Positions 20,479-28,200 of a DNA stretch of 59,243 nt are shown here, piece after piece. The stretch is from positions 1 through 59,243 of IMG/VR virus record IMGVR_UViG_3300022690_001351; one strand, written 5' to 3'. How positions within the stretch are numbered: the stretch's first letter is position 1; each line of letters opens with the position of its first letter. Made by a program: the position numbers and the translations under genes. The notes under the pieces were generated by a model that did no database searches, was not told the origin of the DNA, and saw nothing but the letters and a program-made list of their open reading frames with translations. The stretch comes from a virus (lineage: Duplodnaviria; Caudoviricetes).

Positions 20479-20481
20479 CAT

Positions 20482-21084
20482 TTAAGTATTAAAAAACAAG
20501 ATACCAACATTAGCAGGCTTTAATATCCCGAATATGCACTGTAATATACTCTGTTGACCAATTGCAGCAGGTGTAAAAGGTACATCATAAGGTGGTACTT
20601 CTGGTATAATGCCATCCCCTCTAACTACCATAATAAACCTTGATGCAGGTGATTTTGTAGGAATAAAAGGTACACAATAAGGAGGAAATGCCTCATCTTG
20701 AAGTGGAGTCACGGTTACAACAAATCCGAGTAACAAGGCTATCTCTTCAAATTGTTCTTGTGTTGATACTCCGCTAGCACGTAATTTAATTATAATATTG
20801 GCACGTCGCTCTTCTATGGTTGGTGCGATTGTAAAACACGCATCAGGAATACCAACAGCAGACTCCCATTCTTCTATAAATAACGTTGTATTAAATATAT
20901 TATGCTCTTCAGCAACAGTTGCAATTTTATTCTCATCTCTTACAAATTCTTTAGAAAAAGCGGTGAATAAATTGTGTATATTACTATCAGGAATGTTTTT
21001 TTGATCAAATAATTTACCTAGTGGTAAAAAACTTACAGAAATCTGTGTATGATCTACTAATGTATTTCTATTAAATTTTACCAT
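20482..21084 (-). CDS. baseplate protein, Mu gp48/YmfQ (DUF2313)-like
   Basis: LPLGKLF, EEWESAVGIPDAC, IEERRANIIIKL, QCIFGILKPAN motifs. Confidence 0.85.
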   Translation of the reverse strand: MVKFNRNTLVDHTQISVSFLPLGKLFDQKNIPDSNIHNLFTAFSKEFVRDENKIATVAEEHNIFNTTLFIEEWESAVGIPDACFTIAPTIEERRANIIIKLRASGVSTQEQFEEIALLLGFVVTVTPLQDEAFPPYCVPFIPTKSPASRFIMVVRGDGIIPEVPPYDVPFTPAAIGQQSILQCIFGILKPANVGILFFNT

Positions 21085-21101
21085 AAATATAATTTATTGT
21101 A

Positions 21102-21131
21102 TTGACACGCTCGGCGATGACATGGTACTAT
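21102..21131 (+). promoter_or_regulatory. sigma70 promoter carrying an inverted copy of the conserved spacer motif
   Basis: TTGACA-N18-TACTAT; reverse complement of 21105-21125 is CCATGTCATCGCCGAGCGTGT. Confidence 0.7.
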
Positions 21132-21170
21132 ATATTGTACTACAATCTCAATAAAAATCAAGATGTACAA

Positions 21171-21680
21171 ATGGTTACTGCAAGATATACAAAAAATAAG
21201 ACAGCAAAAGGGTATACGAGAATATCGTTATGGATTCCAACATCAGAAAAAGATGAAATTAATTCATATATTGAATTTAAAAGGGATCGTTGGGAATGCG
21301 AGACTGGCACAGGATTTAATAGTAACAAAAAAAAAGAATTAATGAATGCTATTGAGGAACTGTATCATGACGGTTCTGACTTAGAATCTATTGCTAGACA
21401 ACTTAATGATCGTGGTTTTACAGGAATGTATGGGGGCATCTTGTATGCTAGACAAATAAAAAGGCTGTGGAGAAGTGAAACAGGAATAGAAATTGATTCT
21501 GATAGAAAAAATGAGTTGATAAATATAGTAAAAAAATTACACAAAGACGGTTGTGACTTTGAATCTATCGCTTCTCAACTTCGCAAGCTTGGTTTTAAAG
21601 GTCATAATTTACATAGAAAACAAATCCAAAGATATTTAGATATGAAACAATCCCTTGACAAGTCACCACCCATCATGTAG
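21171..21680 (+). CDS. putative DNA-binding regulator with tandem recombinase-type HTH repeats
   Basis: KGYTRISLWIP (RHH-like) plus two repeats ESIARQLNDRGF / ESIASQLRKLGF; no catalytic recombinase domain. Confidence 0.6.
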   Translation: MVTARYTKNKTAKGYTRISLWIPTSEKDEINSYIEFKRDRWECETGTGFNSNKKKELMNAIEELYHDGSDLESIARQLNDRGFTGMYGGILYARQIKRLWRSETGIEIDSDRKNELINIVKKLHKDGCDFESIASQLRKLGFKGHNLHRKQIQRYLDMKQSLDKSPPIM

Positions 21681-21683
21681 TGT
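21655..21683 (+). promoter_or_regulatory. conserved-spacer promoter, copy 4
   Basis: TTGACA-AGTCACCACCCATCATG-TAGTGT; predicted +1 at or next to G21690. Confidence 0.85.
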
Positions 21684-21689
21684 ATACAA

Positions 21690-21788
21690 GTCGGAGTAGC
21701 TCAGTTGGTTAGAGCGGCGGTTCATAATATTTAGACCCATGGATCGATTATGAGGTGTAGGTCGGGGGTTCGAGTCCTCCTTCCGACA
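21690..21788 (+). ncRNA. tRNA-like RNA with elongated anticodon arm
   Basis: Canonical acceptor GTCGGAG/TTCCGAC, D arm GCTC/GAGC, T arm GGGGG-TTCGAGT-CCTCC; about 25 extra nt in anticodon arm. Confidence 0.8.
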
Positions 21789-21808
21789 TTAACATTTAGG
21801 AGGTTACA

Positions 21809-22996
21809 ATACAGACATTTCCATCAATTTCACAATTTCATTCCGTTAGAAAGTATTTAAAAAAGAATGCTTTAGATTTTGACATTCAATATCGAGCAAA
21901 GATTAAACTACATGGTTGTAATGTTGGTGTGCAATATGCTAATGATGGTCGTATTTATGCTCAATCTCGCAATGGCATCATTACACCTAAAGATGATCTT
22001 TTTGGTTTTGCAGCTTGGATTGGAGAAAACATTGATTGGTTTAGATTGCAATTTAAGTATATAGATAAATCTGTTCGTCCTATAACTATCTTTGGTGAGT
22101 GGTGCGGTAAAGGGATTCAAAAAAATACAGCCATAAATAAAATTGATCGAAAGATTTTTGCCATTTTTGCTATTCAATTTGAAGACTCTATTATGGTAGA
22201 ACCCAAAGCTATTGACGCACATTTAAACAAGGATTTAGCAGTATGGGAGTCTTCTCTACAGCCAGATAATCTATATATTTTACCATGGTTTGAAGAACGC
22301 TTACCATTGTTTACAAGTCTCTTAGGCGTATCAAATCTTAATATTATGTATAATAATGATTGTTCTATAAAAGAGGCTGTAGATTATCTTAATGATTGTG
22401 TAACTAAGATTGAAAAATGCGATCCTTGGGTTAAAAAAGTTTTTGATATTGAGGGAATTGGAGAGGGATTAGTTTGGTATCCATGTCTTGAAAAATCTCT
22501 TTGGGATGTCGACTTCGAAAAAACTAGTCAAGATATGTCCAAAAGTTTTGTTCAATATGATTCTTGGTCTAAAGATGTATTCGGCTGCATATCAAAAATT
22601 GGGAAAGGGACGGTTTTAGAATCCTATGTAAAAGACGGCTTTATAGAGTCAGGTGAATTTTCTAAATATGTCTTTAAAGTCAAAGGTAAAGCACATAAAG
22701 TAAATACCTCAAAAACTGCCGTGCAACTTGATCCTGATGTTTTAAAAAATATTAATGAATTTGTAGACAAGTTTGCAACTGAAAATCGTTTCATGCAAGG
22801 TGTTTGTGAAATCAATAATGGCAATCCTATATTTGAACAAAAATTAATTGGCAAGTTTATTGGTTGGGTGTCTAAAGATATTAAGAAGGAATCCGCCGCA
22901 GAGCTAGAAGTTAGCGGGTTAATCTGGCAACAAATAAATAATAAAATTACACAGCGTAGCCGTGAGTGGTATATCAAAAAATTAGAGGAGGTTTAA
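21809..22996 (+). CDS. RNA ligase (Rnl2-like nucleotidyltransferase), probable ATA start
   Basis: Motifs KLHGCN, SRN, FGEWCG, FAIFAI, EGLVW, KVK; AGGAGG 5 nt before ATA; in-frame TAG at 21797. Confidence 0.85.
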   Translation: MQTFPSISQFHSVRKYLKKNALDFDIQYRAKIKLHGCNVGVQYANDGRIYAQSRNGIITPKDDLFGFAAWIGENIDWFRLQFKYIDKSVRPITIFGEWCGKGIQKNTAINKIDRKIFAIFAIQFEDSIMVEPKAIDAHLNKDLAVWESSLQPDNLYILPWFEERLPLFTSLLGVSNLNIMYNNDCSIKEAVDYLNDCVTKIEKCDPWVKKVFDIEGIGEGLVWYPCLEKSLWDVDFEKTSQDMSKSFVQYDSWSKDVFGCISKIGKGTVLESYVKDGFIESGEFSKYVFKVKGKAHKVNTSKTAVQLDPDVLKNINEFVDKFATENRFMQGVCEINNGNPIFEQKLIGKFIGWVSKDIKKESAAELEVSGLIWQQINNKITQRSREWYIKKLEEV

Positions 22997-23227
22997 ATGA
23001 GTGGTTTTTTTAAGGCATGGAATGTGAGCTTCTTTAAAAGCTTCAGCATGTCCCTGAGCAAAGGCTTCGGCTAAAATTACTATATTCCGATTATCAGTCG
23101 GTGTGGCTGTGGCTGCACAGGGTTCAGCAAGCATACAAGCCGAATAGGCTTCATTAAAAGTTGCACTTTGACAAACAGCATCATAAGCTGCATTATACCG
23201 ATCGCCAGCTTTTTTTGTCATACTCAT
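22982..23227 (-). CDS. Ala-rich hypothetical protein
   Basis: ATGA overlap with 23224 ORF. Confidence 0.55.
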   Translation of the reverse strand: MSMTKKAGDRYNAAYDAVCQSATFNEAYSACMLAEPCAATATPTDNRNIVILAEAFAQGHAEAFKEAHIPCLKKTTHLNLL

Positions 23228-23784
23228 TTCAATACATCCATAAAAGAAGCACAAGTTTTAGTTGCCTTTTGAAAACCATCAAAAGCAATGTCGATATCTT
23301 TGTTGTTTTGAGCAATTGCAGTCACCATAGTTCTATGAGAGGATTCATAGGATTTATAGTCTTCTGAGGTAAAATAGGCTTCATAGCTTTTGTCAGCAAT
23401 AGATGCCTGCTTTGTATGGAGCCGTGCCATTATTTCACTTGCATCCATTATAGTTTTTCCTGCCGCAATAAGTTTATCATATTTATCATCATGAAGAACT
23501 GCCCTAAAAGATATCCAAGCCGCCACAGTTGCGGTGTAATAATCCGCATTAGCAGATGCAGCCTTACTCGCCGCCTTTAACTTATCTGGCATATCAACCT
23601 TTTTAGCTACATTCTCAGCGGCGTCAGCCTCTTCACGTTTCTCGACAAGCATCATCATAGCATCGGTCATAATGAACATAAGATCAGCGTCAGCAACATC
23701 ATAATTGCCAGCCTTAACGTCAGCCCTGTAACCAATCTCAGCCTCATTAAGTGTTTTAAGTGCTTCTGTTATAACTTTATCCAT
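23224..23784 (-). CDS. Ala-rich helical hypothetical protein
   Basis: AAAGGA RBS, 186 aa. Confidence 0.7.
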   Translation of the reverse strand: MDKVITEALKTLNEAEIGYRADVKAGNYDVADADLMFIMTDAMMMLVEKREEADAAENVAKKVDMPDKLKAASKAASANADYYTATVAAWISFRAVLHDDKYDKLIAAGKTIMDASEIMARLHTKQASIADKSYEAYFTSEDYKSYESSHRTMVTAIAQNNKDIDIAFDGFQKATKTCASFMDVLK

Positions 23785-23805
23785 GGCATTTCCTTTATTA
23801 AATTA

Positions 23806-24129
23806 TTATCTCCAAATCTCCACATCAACACCATAAATTGCCTTAACCATTTTACGTTTTAACATAGATACTACAGTATCAACGCCCTTGCTGTCAATGA
23901 CTCTTTCTCTATTTTCTTTTATATCAAAAAATCTAAAGTCTGCTTTATAAAAACCAATCTTTACATCATTAATAATCAAGTCATATCTCGGCTGCAACTC
24001 AAGGTCTTTAATTGCACCTGCTCGCACAAGCAATTTCAAGTCACTGTAATGTTTACCTTCTAGTTTACTGTCAAAAGTAATATTGTCTATTTTTATTTTG
24101 ATATTTTTGTACTTTGATTTATGGGGCAT
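23806..24129 (-). CDS. DUF1064 PD-(D/E)XK endonuclease
   Basis: SKYKN, FDSKLE, LELQPRY, YKADF, DSKG motifs. Confidence 0.85.
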   Translation of the reverse strand: MPHKSKYKNIKIKIDNITFDSKLEGKHYSDLKLLVRAGAIKDLELQPRYDLIINDVKIGFYKADFRFFDIKENRERVIDSKGVDTVVSMLKRKMVKAIYGVDVEIWR

Positions 24130-24184
24130 AACTCTATATAATCAGATAAAAAAGATAAAACAATAAATATTTTTTAATTACTGC

Positions 24185-24291
24185 TTGACAAGTCACCACA
24201 TAACATGTAGTATATAGTTATTATCAACAGACGCAATCGCAGTTACAGGTTTAATCCGCTCAACTGATGCTTTGCTAAGTGATATAAATTA
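24185..24291 (+). repeat. promoter copy 5 plus leader, about 107-bp direct repeat of 45330..45436
   Basis: TTGACA-AGTCACCACATAACATG-TAGTAT then leader; identical to the 45330 copy except one base. Confidence 0.9.
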
Positions 24292-24319
24292 CAACTTTAA
24301 TTTTAATAGGAGAAAAACA

Positions 24320-24544
24320 ATGTCTAATTTAAAAACAAAAAACACTAAAATGGATCGTTTTGATAAACTAGAAAACGATGCTGATAATAAATATAATGAA
24401 TATCAATTGAATAAAGGCAGCGATAAGCATCGCATGGCTTATGAAAAAGCCCAAAGTGCTTTTGTCGAATTTCAACATGAAATCGATCCTGAGGACGAAT
24501 ATATAAGCGATATGTCTTTTGAAGAGTATACAGATTATTGCTAA
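24320..24544 (+). CDS. small acidic hypothetical protein
   Basis: AGGAG RBS; flanked by about 40-bp direct repeats. Confidence 0.7.
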   Translation: MSNLKTKNTKMDRFDKLENDADNKYNEYQLNKGSDKHRMAYEKAQSAFVEFQHEIDPEDEYISDMSFEEYTDYC

Positions 24545-24582
24545 GTGATATAACTACAACTTAATTTTAATAGGAAAAGACG

Positions 24583-24771
24583 GTGAGCATAATAAAAACT
24601 AAAATTGAAAAAATGTCCACAAAGAGGATAAAAACAGAACTCAAATATTATAAACAGGTTAGGGATAAGTGGGATAGTATACCTGATAACCCTAAAAGTG
24701 TAGCTTCTACAGTAATAAAAATATTTGAACGGGTGCTTAAAGAAAGGGAGAAAGACAATGACTGCAAATAG
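24583..24771 (+). CDS. hypothetical protein
   Basis: GTG start after AGGA. Confidence 0.55.
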   Translation: MSIIKTKIEKMSTKRIKTELKYYKQVRDKWDSIPDNPKSVASTVIKIFERVLKEREKDNDCK

Positions 24772-25204
24772 TCCTGAAGAATTTATAAATAAATTTATAC
24801 ATGATTGTGTTTATCAAAATAAGAAAGAGTATCCTGAAAAATATAAAGCAAGTTATCTTAAAGAATTTCTGGAAAATTGCACTGAAGAATTTTTAGGACA
24901 TTATACTACTAAAGAATATCTGGAAAATCATCTAAGAAGTGTACTTTCAATGAATGGTTACATCCCTATTTGGCGTGATATTAAAACCTTATCTAAAGCA
25001 ATTGATGACTTTCTTAGTGTGAGAGGGGAAATGTATAGCCTTAATACATTAGAACGAGAAATTGCTAAAAGATGGAGAATTGATCCTAAAAAATACAGCC
25101 ATATGTATCTACTTAATGAATTAATTAAAATACGAAATGGTGACTCAAAAGCTGATGATGAATATTGTAATAATTTTGGTTTTTCCTATTACACTCTTTT
25201 TTAA
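24758..25204 (+). CDS. hypothetical protein
   Basis: GGGAG RBS before MTANS. Confidence 0.65.
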   Translation: MTANSPEEFINKFIHDCVYQNKKEYPEKYKASYLKEFLENCTEEFLGHYTTKEYLENHLRSVLSMNGYIPIWRDIKTLSKAIDDFLSVRGEMYSLNTLEREIAKRWRIDPKKYSHMYLLNELIKIRNGDSKADDEYCNNFGFSYYTLF

Positions 25205-25221
25205 CTAAGGATATTAATAAA

Positions 25222-25467
25222 ATGATAACTAAAGTATTAATACTTCAATCATGCATAGTATGTGACGATGGTTTTAAGATAATACGGCTTGAGGCGGGCA
25301 AGACATATGATGTGAGACGCACCGTACTGGACGACCTCAGGGGTAAAAGAATCCTTGGTAAAAAGGTATACAGGATTGTAAAAATGCCACTAGCATGCTC
25401 TAAAGTCAATACCCCTGAAACCAGAGCATGTGCAAATATACAAATTGATAGGTTTAATTATGGCTGA
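25222..25467 (+). CDS. hypothetical protein
   Basis: AAGGA RBS. Confidence 0.6.
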   Translation: MITKVLILQSCIVCDDGFKIIRLEAGKTYDVRRTVLDDLRGKRILGKKVYRIVKMPLACSKVNTPETRACANIQIDRFNYG

Positions 25468-25840
25468 TGTAATAAACATGCACGAGTTCAAGCGTAGGCA
25501 GAATAGTAACTCGATAGTGCGAGAGTCAAATGCTAATAAATTAAGTCAATCAGAAAAAGATTTACTACAAGGAAAACTTGATTGGTTAAATATAGTTTAT
25601 GAAGCTGAACTTGGTATATTAACACAAAGAAAAAGGACTTTAAAATTTGTTGAAAGACAAATCTTAATTGTTACAAAACAATTATCAATGCAATTAATTT
25701 CTGAAAATTGTAGAAACGATTTACAAGAGATGAAAGATCATAAAGAAGAGCTTAAATATGATATTAATTATATTAATAACAGCAGGCAAAAAATAGATCA
25801 AGAGGCTATGGAAATTCACCATCAATTAAACTCTAATTAG
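25460..25840 (+). CDS. coiled-coil hypothetical protein
   Basis: MADVINMHEFKRR start overlapping previous stop. Confidence 0.65.
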   Translation: MADVINMHEFKRRQNSNSIVRESNANKLSQSEKDLLQGKLDWLNIVYEAELGILTQRKRTLKFVERQILIVTKQLSMQLISENCRNDLQEMKDHKEELKYDINYINNSRQKIDQEAMEIHHQLNSN

Positions 25841-25849
25841 GAGATTGTT

Positions 25850-26167
25850 ATGATTAATCAAGACAAATTATATAATGAATTCTTGGCACGACAAAAAATC
25901 TATGAGAATTTACATAGAAAACAACGAAAGGCTAAGAAAATCTTTGATGAGCTTGAGTTAAAATTAGAACAAATAAAAGAAGAGCATGAAAAGGCTGAAG
26001 AAATTTTTGATGACCTGTACTGCGATGCATTGTGTGCTGAAGAAGAGATGAGAAATGCTGAAGATAGATTCGATGAGTATAATAAAGAGGGTTGTATTTC
26101 AGATAACATATACCCTTATATACATAATCCTATAGGAGATTGTCATGTACAAGAACCCAATAATTAG
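25850..26167 (+). CDS. coiled-coil hypothetical protein
   Basis: AGGAG RBS. Confidence 0.65.
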   Translation: MINQDKLYNEFLARQKIYENLHRKQRKAKKIFDELELKLEQIKEEHEKAEEIFDDLYCDALCAEEEMRNAEDRFDEYNKEGCISDNIYPYIHNPIGDCHVQEPNN

Positions 26168-26272
26168 AACTACCTTAGACTGCGTTGGAATAACAATTTT
26201 TATTTCATCATGGGTATTAATAATTGCAATTACACCAATAGGATAAAATACAGAAAGCGGAGAAAGAATAGC

Positions 26273-26301
26273 TTGACAAATCGCCGCCGATCGTGTAGTA
26301 T
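26273..26301 (+). promoter_or_regulatory. conserved-spacer promoter, copy 6
   Basis: TTGACA-AATCGCCGCCGATCGTG-TAGTAT. Confidence 0.85.
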
Positions 26302-26326
26302 ATAATGAAATTAACAGGAGTTTAAA

Positions 26327-26629
26327 ATGAAAACTAAAGATATAAAAAGAACAAATGAGCTTTTAACCAGAATACAAGCAGACATTAAATTTTACCGCAG
26401 TGGTGGTAAACAACCCCTAGTTTCTGTTTTTGTTCCTGAATATAATAAATGCAATCTTGAATTAGCAGACAATTATGAAATAATGTTAAATGATACACGA
26501 GAGGCAATCGATATTTTTAATCGTACGATTAAACAAATAAGGCATGTTGTTCACCATATGGAAAACCAATGCGGTATCGTTTATGAGCCTGAAGTTACAT
26601 CCCATAAACATAAACATAGAGAAAAATAG
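26327..26629 (+). CDS. hypothetical protein
   Basis: AGGAG RBS. Confidence 0.7.
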   Translation: MKTKDIKRTNELLTRIQADIKFYRSGGKQPLVSVFVPEYNKCNLELADNYEIMLNDTREAIDIFNRTIKQIRHVVHHMENQCGIVYEPEVTSHKHKHREK

Positions 26630-26664
26630 TGTAGTATGCAAGTTATTAACTTAGGATTTTAATT

Positions 26665-27084
26665 ATGGGACATAGAACTGATCAAGAACTGATAGATTTA
26701 ATAAAAATTACCATTAAGCAATCCAATAAAGAAAAATATTCTTTTTCAAAGGCTTTAAAACAAATCTGTTATAAATTTAAAAAATTATTAAGAATTTATA
26801 GCATGCAGCGCATAACAAGAACTACTACTAGAGAAGATATATTTAATTCGTATGAAGTTTTTAAAATTTTATGGATTACACATAAAGAGTTGTTTACACA
26901 TTCTTTTAGAAAAGGTGACTGTCCAGGATATGGCGACTTAATAAAAATACAAGAACTGAAGAATCCTATAAAACGCAACGTTGCTAATACAACTCGTTAT
27001 ATGGAAAGAAAAGAATATAGAGAAAGAATATATGCCAATAAAAATAGATATAAGTTATATGTAAGAGAGCAAAATAATGTATGA
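26665..27084 (+). CDS. basic hypothetical protein
   Basis: AGGA RBS. Confidence 0.6.
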   Translation: MGHRTDQELIDLIKITIKQSNKEKYSFSKALKQICYKFKKLLRIYSMQRITRTTTREDIFNSYEVFKILWITHKELFTHSFRKGDCPGYGDLIKIQELKNPIKRNVANTTRYMERKEYRERIYANKNRYKLYVREQNNV

Positions 27085-28033
27085 AATAATCAAATACAAC
27101 ACAGAAGAAGAATGGCTAAAGATACGCCAGCAGGGAATAGGTGGAAGCGACTTGGCTATACTGCTGGGGGCTTCTACGTATATGTCACCTTTGGAGTTGT
27201 GGGAGGACAAGAGGGTAGGATTAGGACTTTCAGATAATCAGCTAATCTTTAAGCCAAGCGTACCCACTATTTGTGCAGAGCGGGGCGAAGCTTTAGAATC
27301 CGTAACATTGAAAGCATATCAACGAGAAGAAAAGTGTACTGTAAGTAATATAGAAGGTGTACTTAGAAGCAAAGAATATCCATTTATGCAAGCTAGTCTT
27401 GATGGCTATGTAATATATGAAAATAAACTTGTAGAAATTAAAACTGTGAGCATTTTTCAAGAAAAAGAATGGGGCGATCCTGATGATGAGCAAATTCCCC
27501 CAAACTATTACTTGCAGGTGCAGCATTATATGATCGTAACAGGGTTTAAGGCATGTGATGTAGCAGTTCTTTTTATGAGCAAAGATGATTTAAAAATCTA
27601 TCGAATACAAGCTGATCCAAAAACTCAAAAAATGATTATAGAACGTGAAAAGGAATTCTGGGACATGGTGACAAATGGCATAGAGCCACCAACTGAGTCC
27701 AGGGACATATCAATTAAGTATGCAAAATCCAATGGCAAGTCGATTGAAATTAGCCCAGTTATAAAATGTAAATATCAGCAACTATTAATCGTTGAGGCTG
27801 AGAGAAAAGAATTAGAAAAAGAGGAAAAGGAATTAAAAGATGAGATGAAATTATACCTTGAAAATAATGACACATTAACTGATGACGGAAAAATATTACT
27901 CACTTGGAAATCGTCCAAGTCAACAAATAAGCTGGATACCAACGCACTAAAAGAAGCCCATCCTGATATTTATAAAAAGTTTACAAAGGAAGTAGAAGGC
28001 AGCAGGAGATTCTTAATAAAGAAGGAGAAATAA
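27077..28033 (+). CDS. YqaJ/lambda-exonuclease-family recombination nuclease
   Basis: WLKIRQQGIGGSD, ASLDG, LVEIKT, YYLQVQHYM motifs. Confidence 0.95.
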   Translation: MYEIIKYNTEEEWLKIRQQGIGGSDLAILLGASTYMSPLELWEDKRVGLGLSDNQLIFKPSVPTICAERGEALESVTLKAYQREEKCTVSNIEGVLRSKEYPFMQASLDGYVIYENKLVEIKTVSIFQEKEWGDPDDEQIPPNYYLQVQHYMIVTGFKACDVAVLFMSKDDLKIYRIQADPKTQKMIIEREKEFWDMVTNGIEPPTESRDISIKYAKSNGKSIEISPVIKCKYQQLLIVEAERKELEKEEKELKDEMKLYLENNDTLTDDGKILLTWKSSKSTNKLDTNALKEAHPDIYKKFTKEVEGSRRFLIKKEK

Positions 28034-28200
28034 TGAATAAAATAACAATTCGGCTATTAGATGATCTCGATAAACAGGTAGAGGAATATTCAAAAAAAAT
28101 AGGCTGTAGCAGCGTTGAGGTGTTTGTAATTGCTGCTATAAGATCATTTATAGAGGTTATTGAAGAAGCTGATTACAACAAAAAACATGGAGTAAAATAA
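28033..28200 (+). CDS. small ribbon-helix-helix-like protein (55 aa, not in ORF track)
   Basis: AAGGAG RBS; MNKITIRLLDDLDKQVEEYSKKIG...VIAAIRSF; TAATG overlaps on both sides. Confidence 0.6.
   Translation: MNKITIRLLDDLDKQVEEYSKKIGCSSVEVFVIAAIRSFIEVIEEADYNKKHGVK

Noticed and set aside
21171-21680. Serine recombinase/integrase
   Set aside because: Only HTH-like repeats; no catalytic YxRxS resolvase domain of adequate length
21690-21788. tmRNA, Y RNA or group I intron-containing tRNA
   Set aside because: Has a full D stem, no G3-U70 pair or tag ORF, ends lie in the acceptor stem, and the insert is only about 25 nt
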